Positions 8,713-19,070 are shown, counted from the first letter of the stretch. The stretch is DNA of 37,462 nt from Eubacteriales bacterium (GCA_045614485.1 JAZLCY010000015.1:1-37462), one strand, 5' to 3'. Numbers and translations are program-made. Notes: generated by a model from the sequence alone, not told the origin.

Positions 8713-9264
8713 TTAAGAGATATAATCTATTCTTCCTGTCGCGGAAAAAAGTATGCCCCTGTACACAGAATCAGGACGTGTTTCAAAATTATCCCTTATC
8801 TTCTTGGCCTCAGCCATTGAAGAAACGGTGATAGATGCATTCAGAATTTCTCCCGTTGCATCGGAAAGGCACATATTTACAACGTATCCCCCGCCCTCTT
8901 TTTCGGTGATGAGAGATCTGATCTTAGCTCCTCTTTTTGAGAGAGAAAGATGCTTTGTGGCGCTTTTTAAGCTCTTTTCTCTGAAATCCTTATCAAGTGA
9001 ATCAAAAAGCTCGTTTGCAACCATTCTGCCTGAGTCGGAGATCATATAATAGCGCTCTCCGTCAAGCTCATCAAACCAAAGATGCCCCTCATCGCAAAGC
9101 TCTGCAAGGCAACCGTCATAGTCAATGATGAACTCGTCTGTGTTCTCGGATACGATATCGATAAGCGTCGTTCTGTCTATTGGATACCTGATATACTCGA
9201 GAAGGAAAAGCATAAACACCTTTATATCGGTAAAGGTTTTTAAAGTAAATCTTTTTTTCTTCAT
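8713..9264 (-). CDS. DUF4364 family protein (winged-helix-like)
   Basis: 'IKVFMLFLL....PI', 'LAELCDEGHL', 'YMISDSG' and the C-terminal 'NF...PDSVYRGIL' pattern. No clear SD. Confidence 0.75.
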   Translation of the reverse strand: MKKKRFTLKTFTDIKVFMLFLLEYIRYPIDRTTLIDIVSENTDEFIIDYDGCLAELCDEGHLWFDELDGERYYMISDSGRMVANELFDSLDKDFREKSLKSATKHLSLSKRGAKIRSLITEKEGGGYVVNMCLSDATGEILNASITVSSMAEAKKIRDNFETRPDSVYRGILFSATGRIDYIS

Positions 9265-9278
9265 TAATCTTTAAAGTG

Positions 9279-9311
9279 TGGGGTTGCCGAAGCTTAGCGA
9301 CGGCAACCCCA
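9279..9311 (-). terminator. GC-rich hairpin after oppA (weak terminator or mRNA-stabilising stem)
   Basis: 11-bp stem TGGGGTTGCCG/CGGCAACCCCA; poor U-tract (CACTTT) on the minus strand. Confidence 0.6.
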
Positions 9312-9322
9312 GCAAATACATA

Positions 9323-11083
9323 TTATTCTTCGTCTGTCAAATAATCTCTGTAATTCTTAAGCTTAGCCTTGGTGAATACAACGTTACCAAGACCGTCTAT
9401 TTTCACCTTCTTAAGCTGGTTGCTTGTGAAGGAAGCATTGTGCTTATAGAGTACGGGAATGATAGGAGATTCATCTATAAGAAGCTTCTCTGCCGCCTTC
9501 AGATAGCTGTTGCGGGCAGACTCTGATGTTGCATAGTATGCATTATCAAGAAGCTCGTCATAATTTTTGCTGGACCAACCGGAAATGTTCTTGCGAACGG
9601 AGTAGGAAGAGTTGGAGAAATCTGCACCGTTACCGTTCATATGGCTGGTGAAGGAAGCAAGAGCAACAAAAGGATCGGTTGAGTACATATTCCAGTCCAC
9701 AGCAATAACGTCATACATAACGTTACCGTAGGAAGCTTCTTTTACAAGGTACTGGATCTCAGAGTCAACAACGTCTATTACCTCATTGGAGGAGAAGTCC
9801 TTAACAGGAGTAACCCTTGTGGATACAGGCTTAACCGTTACGTTAAATCCGATCTGTGCCCAACAAGCAACCGCCAATTCAGCGATCTTAAGGCTTTCCT
9901 CATCATCGTTTACAGTAAGCACAAACGTCTTGTCTGCAGCGGTGAGGTTAGATGCATCGATAAGCTGCTGTGCAATCTCGATGTTGGACTTGCAATAAAT
10001 GAGGCCGTCTCTGTCGCTAACGTATGCCTTAGGAGAAAGGAAGCCTGTTGCTGCGGATGCAAAAACAACCGCATCAGCCATAGCCTGCCTATCCAAAGCA
10101 ACGGAAAGCGCAACTCTGACTGCGGCATTATTGAAGGGAGCCTTCTGAGTATTGAATACATAGGTGTAAGTAGAAAGTGCGAACACCTCGGAAGCCTCAC
10201 CCCTGTGTGCAGCTCTGTCAGCGAGTGAAGCATCACCCATGTAGAATACTGCCTTGTTCTCAATGTCGGAGTAAGAGATTTTCTTCTCAACAGCCACACC
10301 GTCTTCAACAGCGGTGTAGTTGAAGTATGCATTGATAGCACCGGGTCTTACGTTATTGTCATAGTCCTTCTTGTTGGGGGACTGATGATATCCAACGTTT
10401 CTCTTAAGGTTAATAACACCCTCATCATAGCTGATATCAGCAATCATGAAAGGACCGTTGGTCATAACGGTGTTAGGATTCTTTGACCAATAACCCGAAG
10501 CATTTGCAGCAACGTCCTGTCTGATAGGAGAAGTAGCTACGGATGCAAGGTTTCTGAGAAGCTGCTCATAGTTAGCACCCTCACGGTACTTAATGGTGAT
10601 CTCATAAAGACTTGCAGTAATGCCAAGCTCGGAATTCGAAAGAGAGCCGTTCTTTACCTCAATCGCATTTTCGATATCGTAGAAAAGCGCTGCTGCGGGA
10701 TTTGCGTTGTTAGGATCAAGGATAACGTTTCTCCAAGCATAGAGATAATCGTCCGCCTTTACACGAACACCGTCAGACCAGTAGCTCTCCTTAAGAGTAA
10801 TGGTGATAGTACGCTCGTCCTTATCAACCTTATATTTCTTTGCAGCCGCCTTCTTAAGCTTACCCTTTGCATTGATAGTGAAAAGGGGCTCAAAAATAAG
10901 GCTCATAAACTCCTCGGCATTACTGTCAGCATAGTAATCCGTGGGGTCAAAATCATAGATAGCCTCGCCGATGTAGATCGGAATTTCAGCACCGTTATCC
11001 TTAGGCGTGCCGCACGAAGTAAGTGCAACCATAGAGCCAAGGGAAAGTGCAAGAACGAGAATCAGACTAAGGATTTTTTTCAT
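9323..11083 (-). CDS. oppA: Peptide ABC transporter substrate-binding lipoprotein (SBP family 5, OppA-like)
   Basis: Lipobox LTSC, 'FDP', 'YWSDG..V.ADD..YAW', 'TNGPF', 'APFNN..VR.ALS.ALDR' and 'AEKLLIDESPIIP'. Start at ATG 11083. Confidence 0.88.
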   Translation of the reverse strand: MKKILSLILVLALSLGSMVALTSCGTPKDNGAEIPIYIGEAIYDFDPTDYYADSNAEEFMSLIFEPLFTINAKGKLKKAAAKKYKVDKDERTITITLKESYWSDGVRVKADDYLYAWRNVILDPNNANPAAALFYDIENAIEVKNGSLSNSELGITASLYEITIKYREGANYEQLLRNLASVATSPIRQDVAANASGYWSKNPNTVMTNGPFMIADISYDEGVINLKRNVGYHQSPNKKDYDNNVRPGAINAYFNYTAVEDGVAVEKKISYSDIENKAVFYMGDASLADRAAHRGEASEVFALSTYTYVFNTQKAPFNNAAVRVALSVALDRQAMADAVVFASAATGFLSPKAYVSDRDGLIYCKSNIEIAQQLIDASNLTAADKTFVLTVNDDEESLKIAELAVACWAQIGFNVTVKPVSTRVTPVKDFSSNEVIDVVDSEIQYLVKEASYGNVMYDVIAVDWNMYSTDPFVALASFTSHMNGNGADFSNSSYSVRKNISGWSSKNYDELLDNAYYATSESARNSYLKAAEKLLIDESPIIPVLYKHNASFTSNQLKKVKIDGLGNVVFTKAKLKNYRDYLTDEE

Positions 11084-11162
11084 ATCTTTCTCCATCCTGC
11101 CAAATTGGCAAAAAATAATTTTACGTGTGAATTCATTTCGATTGCTATAAATTTACTTATAT

Positions 11163-11191
11163 ATTTTAACATAAAGATTTCTTTTTTTCAA
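11163..11191 (-). promoter_or_regulatory. Probable sigma-A promoter for oppA
   Basis: TTGAAA - 17 bp - TAAAAT with TG extension. Confidence 0.6.
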
Positions 11192-11328
11192 CCCATTAAT
11201 TCGCGCGTAATATCTTTTTGTGCAAGTGCACAATTTATAAGGATATATTTCGTGCATTTTAAACCATATAAATAATGAATACGGTGCACAATTCTGTCAA
11301 TACTTGTTTAGGAACGGGAGGGGATGAA

Positions 11329-12186
11329 ATGTACAATTATTCATACAACTGCAGTGATGACGGTTATTACACCGACATGGCGATAGAGCGCAGGCGCGCC
11401 GATCTGACGAAAAACGGAATAGAATACACAAAGGAGCTGTGCCCTGCGGGATATTGGGAGCGCATCAACGTAAAGAGCGAATCGGGTGCTGAAAGCATAG
11501 GACGACCTTGCGGAAGATACGATACACTCACTACTAAGCGGCTGGACACACTCGACGAGGACGCGCTGTACGATGCGCAGGAGGAGGTTGCCAAAACGCT
11601 GTGCAGGATCTGTGATGATATTGCTGTTATGCCGGCAAGAATACTGATCATCGGGCTTGGCAACGAATACGTTACTGCAGACTCTATCGGAGTGAAATGC
11701 GCGGCGAAAGTAAAACCGACTATGCACATAAGGTGTTACGACGAAGAGTTTTTTGACGAGCTCGAATGCTCGGAGATCGCAGTGCTTTGCCCCGGTGTAA
11801 GCGCAAAAACAGGAATGGACTCCACTGAAACAGCAAAGGCAATATGCTCGGCTATTTCGCCGGACATTGTTATAGCGATAGACTCCTTATCAACAAGATC
11901 AAGAAAACGGCTTGGAACAACACTGCAGATCTGCGACACCGGAATTTTCCCGGGTGGTGTTGGAAACTTGAAGTCTCCCCTCACCCGCCCCGAGCTCGGA
12001 GTTCCTGTTATCGGAATAGGAGTGCCGACGGTTATGGACACCAGGCTGTTTATAAACAAGAACACGTTTTCAGAATTTGATTTCGAGCCGCTGTTTGTTT
12101 CACCGCGAGAGATAGACGAGATAACCGATGCAGCCGCAACGGTCATTGCAGGCGCAATCAATCAGGCTTTCGGGCTGAGCTACTGA
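11329..12186 (+). CDS. gpr: GPR spore germination endopeptidase
   Basis: 'TDMAIE', 'IIGLGNEYVTADSIG', 'PGV...TG', 'IAIDSL', 'QICDTGIFPG' and 'IGVPTV'. ATG 11329 follows GGAGG. Confidence 0.92.
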   Translation: MYNYSYNCSDDGYYTDMAIERRRADLTKNGIEYTKELCPAGYWERINVKSESGAESIGRPCGRYDTLTTKRLDTLDEDALYDAQEEVAKTLCRICDDIAVMPARILIIGLGNEYVTADSIGVKCAAKVKPTMHIRCYDEEFFDELECSEIAVLCPGVSAKTGMDSTETAKAICSAISPDIVIAIDSLSTRSRKRLGTTLQICDTGIFPGGVGNLKSPLTRPELGVPVIGIGVPTVMDTRLFINKNTFSEFDFEPLFVSPREIDEITDAAATVIAGAINQAFGLSY

Positions 12187-12254
12187 AAGTTATATTTTTC
12201 GCTATTTTTCTGTTCCGTGATGGTTAAAATATTATATTTTTCGGCATTTTTAGC

Positions 12255-12295
12255 AAAAATTAAGGGAGAGCACAAAAACTGCTCTCCCGTTTTTT
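12255..12295. terminator. Intrinsic terminator between convergent gpr and obgE, probably bidirectional
   Basis: Stem GGGAGAGCA/TGCTCTCCC (12264-12288) with a T6 run on + and an A-rich left flank. Confidence 0.8.
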
Positions 12296-12315
12296 ATATT
12301 TCGGATCACATCGGA

Positions 12316-13593
12316 TCAATACACAAAATCGAACTCGAAATCGTATATCGAAATAGTATCGCCTTCCTCAACCCCTGCTTCACGAAGCTTATCGATAACA
12401 CCGTTTTTGATGAGTACGCGCTGGAAGAAGTTAAGAGATTCGTAATCGTCAAAGTTGATCTGTCCCATAAAGTTGTAGAGCCAATCGCCCTCAACAATAT
12501 ACTTTTTGTTATCGCGTCTGACAGTGGTCTGCATAACGTCGTCGGATGAGAAGTTCTCCTCAGGAAGCACTTCGGTATCATATACGGTTATAGGAGGAAG
12601 ATCTGCGAGCATCTCAGAGGCGATCTTTACAAGCTCATCAAGTCCTTCTCCGGTAATTGCAGATACAAATACGATCTTTCTGCCAAGTTTCTCCGCTTTT
12701 TTCTTAACGTCGGAAACAACGTCCTCTTCCTCAAGAACAGAATCACACTTGTTAGCAACTATGATCTGAGGTCTTGTTGAAAGCTCCTCGGAATATCTTT
12801 GAAGCTCGTTGTCGATCTTATCAATATCGTCAAGAGGATCTCTTCCGTCCGCGCTCGAAATATCAACTACGTGCAGAAGAAGGCGGCATCTGCTTACGTG
12901 CCTTAAGAATGCATGGCCAAGGCCTGCACCGTCTGACGCGCCCTCGATCAATCCGGGAATATCAGCTGCGAGGAATCCCTTGCCCTCTCTTACAGACACC
13001 ACTCCGAGATTAGGAGAAAGTGTTGTGAAGTGATAGTTTGCGATCTTAGGCTTTGCAGCAGAAATGCGAGAAAGGATCGAGGATTTACCAACGTTGGGGA
13101 ATCCTATAAGGCCGACCTCTGCAAGCATTCTGAGCTCAAGCGTTACAGTCTTTTCCTCGCCCTTGGTTCCGGATTTTGCAAATCTCGGGATCTGTCTTGT
13201 AGGAGTTGCGAAGTGGCGGTTACCCCAGCCACCTCTACCGCCGCGGCAGAGAACGTACTCATCAGAATTAGCCATATCATATATGATTCTGCCCGTACCC
13301 TTTTCTCTTACGATAGTTCCCGGAGGCACTAAGATCTCAAGGTCCTTACCGTTCTTACCGTGCATCTTGCCGGTCATACCGTTATCACCGTTTTCAGCGA
13401 CGAATTTTCTCTTATATCTGAATGCCAAAAGGGTGTTTGCGCCTGTATCAACGCGCAAAATTATGTTTCCGCCTCTACCGCCATCGCCACCGTCAGGGCC
13501 GCCGGCAGAAACGTACTTTTCTCTATGGAATGAAACGGCGCCGTTACCGCCGTCACCCGCTTTTACGTAAATTTCAATATTATCTATAAACAT
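12316..13593 (-). CDS. obgE: GTPase ObgE/CgtA
   Basis: Gly-rich Obg domain, GFPNVGKS, 'YHFTTL', DIPG, NKCD and a Firmicute C-terminal domain. Confidence 0.98.
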   Translation of the reverse strand: MFIDNIEIYVKAGDGGNGAVSFHREKYVSAGGPDGGDGGRGGNIILRVDTGANTLLAFRYKRKFVAENGDNGMTGKMHGKNGKDLEILVPPGTIVREKGTGRIIYDMANSDEYVLCRGGRGGWGNRHFATPTRQIPRFAKSGTKGEEKTVTLELRMLAEVGLIGFPNVGKSSILSRISAAKPKIANYHFTTLSPNLGVVSVREGKGFLAADIPGLIEGASDGAGLGHAFLRHVSRCRLLLHVVDISSADGRDPLDDIDKIDNELQRYSEELSTRPQIIVANKCDSVLEEEDVVSDVKKKAEKLGRKIVFVSAITGEGLDELVKIASEMLADLPPITVYDTEVLPEENFSSDDVMQTTVRRDNKKYIVEGDWLYNFMGQINFDDYESLNFFQRVLIKNGVIDKLREAGVEEGDTISIYDFEFDFVY

Positions 13594-13604
13594 TTTTCGT
13601 TACC

Positions 13605-14939
13605 TTAATTGCCCGAATCGTCGCCCTTTTGCCTGATGATCATCTTGATAGGAGTTCCCTCGAATCCAAAGGTGTCTCTCAAGCAGTTTTCGATATATCT
13701 CCTGTATGAAAAGTGGAATAGCTCCTCGGAATTACAGAAGATAACGAACGTGGGCGGATTGGTGTTTACCTGCGTCATATAATAGATCTTAAGTCTTTTA
13801 CCCTTGTCTGACGGGGGCTGAACTCTTGTCATTGCGTCATTCAAAAGGTCGTTAAGCTGGCCGGTGCTTATTCTTCTGCTCGCCTGCGCGTAAACTTCCT
13901 TAACCAAGGGATAGAGATTAGCTACTCTCTGACCCGTTTTAGCCGAAAGATATACAATAGGGGCATAAGGCATATATGCAAGTGCTGTTCTGATGTCGTT
14001 CTTGTACTTATTGGTTGTGAAATTATCCTTTTCAATGGCATCCCACTTATTAACAGCAATAATACAAGCCTTGCCGGCCTCGTGCGATATACCTGCAATC
14101 TTCTCATCCTGCTCGGTTATACCGTCCTGTGCGTCTATCATAAGTATGCAAACGTCAGCGCGTTCAACAGCCATATTTGCACGCAGGACACTGAACTTCT
14201 CAATTCTATCCTCTACCTTAGAATGCTTTCTGATACCCGCGGTATCAATAAAGTTAAACACACCGTGTTCATTCTCAACCCTTGTGTCAACAGCATCACG
14301 GGTCGTGCCGGCTATATCAGAAACGATCATTCTCTCTTCGTTGCACATTCTGTTTATAACAGAAGATTTACCTGCGTTAGGCTTTCCTATTACGGCAACG
14401 TTTATAATTCCCTCGTCCTCATCATTAGCATCAGAGAAATCACATACTTCAAGAATAGCATCGAGAAGATCTCCTGTGCCTGTTCCGTGAATCGAAGAAA
14501 GAGCAATAGGCTCGCGCTCGAAACCAAGCTCATAGAATTCGTAGAACGCGAGGGGCACCTCACCCACTCCGTCCACCTTATTAACTGCCAAAACGATCGG
14601 TTTGCCCGACTTTTTGAGCATAATAGCGATATCTCTGTCATCCGCAAGAAGTCCTGCCTTGATATCGCACATAAATACAATAACGTCAGCAGTGGCAACG
14701 GCTATCTCTGCCTGTGTGCGCATCTGCTTAAGTATTGTGTCCTCGCTTTTGGGCTCAATTCCGCCCGTATCGATGAGTATGAACTTATGTTCATTCCACT
14801 CCGCTTCAGCATAAATACGGTCGCGTGTTACACCGGGAGTATCTTCTACGATAGAGCGTCTTTCGCCTATCAGCTTATTGAAAAGCGTACTTTTCCCAAC
14901 GTTGGGCCTACCAACTATTGCAACTATCGGTTTAGCCAT
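13605..14939 (-). CDS. der: Ribosome biogenesis GTPase Der/EngA
   Basis: Two G domains (GRPNVGKS/DTGG/NKVD and GKPNAGKS/DTAG/NKWD) plus a KH-like tail. Confidence 0.98.
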   Translation of the reverse strand: MAKPIVAIVGRPNVGKSTLFNKLIGERRSIVEDTPGVTRDRIYAEAEWNEHKFILIDTGGIEPKSEDTILKQMRTQAEIAVATADVIVFMCDIKAGLLADDRDIAIMLKKSGKPIVLAVNKVDGVGEVPLAFYEFYELGFEREPIALSSIHGTGTGDLLDAILEVCDFSDANDEDEGIINVAVIGKPNAGKSSVINRMCNEERMIVSDIAGTTRDAVDTRVENEHGVFNFIDTAGIRKHSKVEDRIEKFSVLRANMAVERADVCILMIDAQDGITEQDEKIAGISHEAGKACIIAVNKWDAIEKDNFTTNKYKNDIRTALAYMPYAPIVYLSAKTGQRVANLYPLVKEVYAQASRRISTGQLNDLLNDAMTRVQPPSDKGKRLKIYYMTQVNTNPPTFVIFCNSEELFHFSYRRYIENCLRDTFGFEGTPIKMIIRQKGDDSGN

Positions 14940-14953
14940 TTTTCCTCCATTTC

Positions 14954-16273
14954 TTACAGGTTTTCAACACCGAAAACCGCATCTACAATATCAAATCCGT
15001 CGTTTTCAACGACACGGATCGGAACGTTAAGCGCCTCTGACAACTCGGAAAGTGTCATACCGCAAAGAAAAACATCCTCTCCGTGCCTCAAGCAGTTTCT
15101 CGGGATCAAAAGCTCGTCTCCAAGCTCCTCGCCCTTAAGCTGCTCATACATATCCTTTCCCGTCAAAAGACCGGAAACGGTTATACTCTCACCGAAAAAG
15201 CGGTTAATAATTTCATAAGTTTTTACGTGCACCTTATCACAAAGCGCCTCGATCTTATTTGCAACACCCGAGATCATAGGATAGGACGCAACACCGGTTA
15301 CAACAGAAACCGTGCGTTCGGATTCAAGCGAATCAACAAGGTCGCTTATATCCTCTACAGCTACCTTGAACTCGTCTGCAAAGGAGCGAAGCATTCCAAC
15401 ACCGTTTTCGATCTGGGCATACTCCTCATAATAATCGGCATCAGGAATCTCTATGCCTGCTTTAAGGTAAAATTCATCAGCTGCATAAACGAGCCTTGTT
15501 CCGTGCTCCTTTTTATGCTTTTCTCCGAACTCATTTATAACGTTTATTACCTCTTTTGCATCTTCCTTTGTAAAATCGGTCAAAGGATAGAGCTTGTCCC
15601 TGAACTTAGTAAGACCGGCGGGAACAACGGCAACGCTTGTTATACGGGGAGAATATTTTGCAAGGTCATTGATAGAGCGCACAAGCTCATCTGCATCGTT
15701 TACACCCTTACAAAGAACGATCTGAGCGCACATTTCAAGACCTGCGTTGTAAAAATCGTCAAGATAGCGAAGCACTTCGCCCGAGCGCTTGTTCTTCATC
15801 ATCTTTACGCGAAGCTCGGGATTGGTCGTATGGACCGAGATATTAATAGGAGAAAACTTCATTTTGATTATTCTCTCTACGTCGGTATCGGTCATATTTG
15901 TTAGCGTTATGTAGTTTCCGTGCAAGAATGAAAGCCTTGAATCGTCATCCTTAAAGTATAAGGATTCGCGAAGCCCCTCGGGATTCTGGTCTATGAAGCA
16001 GAAAATGCACTTGTTTTTGCAGGTGTGCTTCTTATCCATAAGGGGTGTTTCAAAATCAAGGCCGATATCGTCATACTCGTCCTTAGATATATCAAAGGTA
16101 ATCTTCTCGTTATCGCGAAGGCAAACAAGGCTTATCTTGCACTCCGTGAGATAAAAACGGTAATCAAGCACGTCATTTATCTCATTGCCATTTATAGAAA
16201 CGAGTATATCGCCTTTTTTGATTCCGCATTTATCTGCATAGGATGCGGAGAAAACGTCAGTAATTTTTACCAT
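14954..16273 (-). CDS. PDZ plus radical-SAM-like DUF512 protein (TIGR03279-like)
   Basis: N-terminal PDZ-like segment, 'CKNKCIFCFIDQ', 'KDDDSRLSFLHGNYITLTN' and 'QIENGVG'. Sits upstream of der, as is common in clostridia. Confidence 0.9.
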   Translation of the reverse strand: MVKITDVFSASYADKCGIKKGDILVSINGNEINDVLDYRFYLTECKISLVCLRDNEKITFDISKDEYDDIGLDFETPLMDKKHTCKNKCIFCFIDQNPEGLRESLYFKDDDSRLSFLHGNYITLTNMTDTDVERIIKMKFSPINISVHTTNPELRVKMMKNKRSGEVLRYLDDFYNAGLEMCAQIVLCKGVNDADELVRSINDLAKYSPRITSVAVVPAGLTKFRDKLYPLTDFTKEDAKEVINVINEFGEKHKKEHGTRLVYAADEFYLKAGIEIPDADYYEEYAQIENGVGMLRSFADEFKVAVEDISDLVDSLESERTVSVVTGVASYPMISGVANKIEALCDKVHVKTYEIINRFFGESITVSGLLTGKDMYEQLKGEELGDELLIPRNCLRHGEDVFLCGMTLSELSEALNVPIRVVENDGFDIVDAVFGVENL

Positions 16274-16290
16274 AATTATAAGTGCGCCGA

Positions 16291-16800
16291 TTAAGCCCTG
16301 TGTTTATCCTTTTGGCGCGCGATCAAATTTAACACAAGGAAGATTGCGAAATACAAAACATAGATAATAGCTAACGACGAGAAATAACCCACCGTATCAA
16401 CCAGAACGTCTTTTATGTCAGGAGATCTGGATGAAAAGAACTGAATAAACTCGTCAATAAAAGCGCAAACAGTACCGAAAGGCAAAGATGAAAAAACAAA
16501 TATAAGCTTCACCTTTGAGAGCCCGATCGTAGCCGTAGAAACAAGAACACAGTAAAGAGCCACAAAAAATCCAAGGGTAAAAAACTCTGTATAGTGCGCT
16601 ATTTCACGAATATTTTCGTGCACTTTTTCGCCAACAGGAGTGTCTGACGGAATGATGACTTCCAAAGCGCCGCTTACACCGCCACTAACCTCATTAGACT
16701 CTGCCGGCGGAAGCGATGATTGATAAAATGCAAATGAAAGTGTACAAATTATAGCTACAATAAGCAAAACTCTTGCAGCAATCAACAGCGCTTTTTTCAT
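16291..16800 (-). CDS. VanZ family membrane protein
   Basis: 'REIAHYTEFF', 'DEFIQFF..R', 'DVLVDT.G' and several TM helices. Confidence 0.85.
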   Translation of the reverse strand: MKKALLIAARVLLIVAIICTLSFAFYQSSLPPAESNEVSGGVSGALEVIIPSDTPVGEKVHENIREIAHYTEFFTLGFFVALYCVLVSTATIGLSKVKLIFVFSSLPFGTVCAFIDEFIQFFSSRSPDIKDVLVDTVGYFSSLAIIYVLYFAIFLVLNLIARQKDKHRA

Positions 16801-17570
16801 TACACGCCCCCGTACATATTCGCTTTTTCCGCCCTTGCTTCTTCAAGGAGGCGCTGAGGCGTTATACCGTTCTCAGCAAGATAGGCAACCGCCTCCATAG
16901 ATCCGCTTTTTCCGGCGGCGAGCATAAGCCTTTCGCCCTTTTTTCTATCAAAATCAACACCAAGGCCGTCTATATAACACTTTGCATAGAGGAACTGTCC
17001 CTTTGCTACAAGCGACTCCACGTACGTAGGATCGTGGTGTGCGGCGCGGCGGAACCAATCGTGCGCGGCGCGGGCATCAGCGCTTATTACGGAGAATCTT
17101 TTTTCCTCATCGAGCGCGGCCTCGTCGGCATCACCCTCAAGCATAAATATCTCATCCCTGAACTCCGGCTTATGAAACGGAATCATGGATATTCTTATAA
17201 CGTCAGGCTCAAGCAGATATCCGGTGGTGTATACCATTCCGAGATACAGCTGTGCCTCGATACAACCGCGGATCGCGGCAATTTTCATATATTTGAACGA
17301 CTGGTGATAGTCCTTTACAACTCCCTCGCCGTGCATATACATCATCGCAAGATTGTAACAGGATTCGCCCCCCTGCATATCTCTTGCATACATAAAATAG
17401 GATTTCGCCTCCCTCGGATCATAGGCAACACCTATGCCCTTTAGAAGACAGTATCCGTAGTTGAAGGCGGCGCTGACGTCGCCTTCTCTTGCGCCTTCAT
17501 GGAACATTGAAGCCGCCATTTCATATTCGCCCTTAAGATAAAGCGTGTTCGCCCTGAGCTTATCGAACAT
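16800..17570 (-). CDS. Sel1-like repeat protein
   Basis: Repeats 'AAFNYG..L.G.GV', 'YNLAMMY..GEGV.KDY', 'AQLYLG..Y..G' and 'Y..GLGV..D'. Stop overlaps the VanZ start (TAATG). Confidence 0.85.
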   Translation of the reverse strand: MFDKLRANTLYLKGEYEMAASMFHEGAREGDVSAAFNYGYCLLKGIGVAYDPREAKSYFMYARDMQGGESCYNLAMMYMHGEGVVKDYHQSFKYMKIAAIRGCIEAQLYLGMVYTTGYLLEPDVIRISMIPFHKPEFRDEIFMLEGDADEAALDEEKRFSVISADARAAHDWFRRAAHHDPTYVESLVAKGQFLYAKCYIDGLGVDFDRKKGERLMLAAGKSGSMEAVAYLAENGITPQRLLEEARAEKANMYGGV

Positions 17571-17600
17571 CTGCGCCCTCCTTTCACGTTTTTGTTCTTA

Positions 17601-19025
17601 TTACTGTACCGTGTACTTTGTGCCTTCCTTGGTGTCGATAAGGGTTACACCCTTTGCAGAAAGCTCGTTTCTGATCTGGTCAGCCAAAGCATAATTCTTA
17701 CTAAGCTTGGCATTCTTTCTTTCTTCGATCTTTGCCTCGATGTACTTTGCAAGCTCAGCATCAACGCCGGGAGCTGCCTCTTCCTTCTTATCCGCAACCT
17801 TCTTTGCAGCCTCAACAAGACCGAGATCAAGAACCTTTTCAAAATCGCAAATGAGCGCCATCTTGGTTGCATCATTGCAACTCATCTTGAATACGTCGTA
17901 AAGTGCCGTAACCGCAAGGGATGTGTTAAGGTCATTATCAAGTGCATCAGTGAACTTCTTTTTGCCCTCACCGAATGCAACTGCATCAACCTCGCCCTCT
18001 GCCTTAAGTGAAGCTACCTTCTGAACGAGCTTATCGTAAGCAATTCTTGCATTATCAAGGTTTTCCCAAGAGAAAACAAGGTTCTTTCTGTAGTGCGACT
18101 GCATGCAGAAGAAACGGTAGACCAAGGGATCGTATCCCTTCTCGCGAAGGAGAGATACTGTCAAAAATTCACCCTTGGACTTAGACATCTTACCCGAATT
18201 TGTATTAAGGTGATGAACGTGCATCCACCACTTGCACCACTCGTGGCCAAAGGTTGCCTCGCTCTGCGCGATCTCGTTGGTGTGGTGGGGGAATGCATTA
18301 TCTATACCGCCGCAGTGAATATCAAGATATTCGCCAAGATGCTTGCAGGAGATCGAGGAACACTCGATGTGCCATCCGGGATATCCGATACCCCAAGGCG
18401 AATCCCACTTGAGCTCCTGATCGTCAAACTTTGACTTGGTAAACCAAAGAACGAAGTCAGCCTTGTTGCGCTTGTTTCCGTCCTCTTCAACACTCTCTCT
18501 TACTCCGACAGCAAGATCATCTTCCTTGAAATCGTTGAAGATGTAGTACTTATCAAGCTTTGAAGTATCGAAATAAACGTTGCCGCCGGCTACGTAACCG
18601 TATCCTTTTTCTATAAGAGTGCTTACCATATCGATAAACTCGGGAATACAGTTTGTTGCAGGCTCAACAATGTCCGGAACGGAGATGTTGAGGGCCTTGC
18701 AGTCCTCAAAGAATGCATCAGTGTAGAACTTTGCAATTTCAAGAACGGTTTTGTGCTCACGCTTTGCGCCCTTGAGCATCTTATCTTCACCTGTATCTCC
18801 ATCGCTGGTAAGATGTCCAACGTCGGTGATATTCATAACTCGGGTTACGTCATATCCCGTATATCTGAGATACTTCTCAAGCACGTCCTCCATAGTATAG
18901 GTTCTCAGATTGCCTATATGTGCAAAGTGATAAACGGTGGGGCCGCATGTATACATTGAAACCTTTCCTTCAACCCTGGGCTGAAAAAGGTCTTTACTTC
19001 TTGTTGCTGAATTATAAAGGTACAT
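17601..19025 (-). CDS. cysS: Cysteine--tRNA ligase
   Basis: CGPTVY, HIGN, 'PGWHIECS', 'FPHH.NE.AQ' and KMSKS. Confidence 0.98.
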   Translation of the reverse strand: MYLYNSATRSKDLFQPRVEGKVSMYTCGPTVYHFAHIGNLRTYTMEDVLEKYLRYTGYDVTRVMNITDVGHLTSDGDTGEDKMLKGAKREHKTVLEIAKFYTDAFFEDCKALNISVPDIVEPATNCIPEFIDMVSTLIEKGYGYVAGGNVYFDTSKLDKYYIFNDFKEDDLAVGVRESVEEDGNKRNKADFVLWFTKSKFDDQELKWDSPWGIGYPGWHIECSSISCKHLGEYLDIHCGGIDNAFPHHTNEIAQSEATFGHEWCKWWMHVHHLNTNSGKMSKSKGEFLTVSLLREKGYDPLVYRFFCMQSHYRKNLVFSWENLDNARIAYDKLVQKVASLKAEGEVDAVAFGEGKKKFTDALDNDLNTSLAVTALYDVFKMSCNDATKMALICDFEKVLDLGLVEAAKKVADKKEEAAPGVDAELAKYIEAKIEERKNAKLSKNYALADQIRNELSAKGVTLIDTKEGTKYTVQ

Positions 19026-19070
19026 TTTAACTCCTCTTTTCCTAAAAATGCGCAGAAAAACGCAGTGTAA

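Noticed and set aside
14082-15904. Long + strand ORFs (378 aa and 273 aa)
   Set aside because: Antisense shadows of der and DUF512 with no recognisable motifs.
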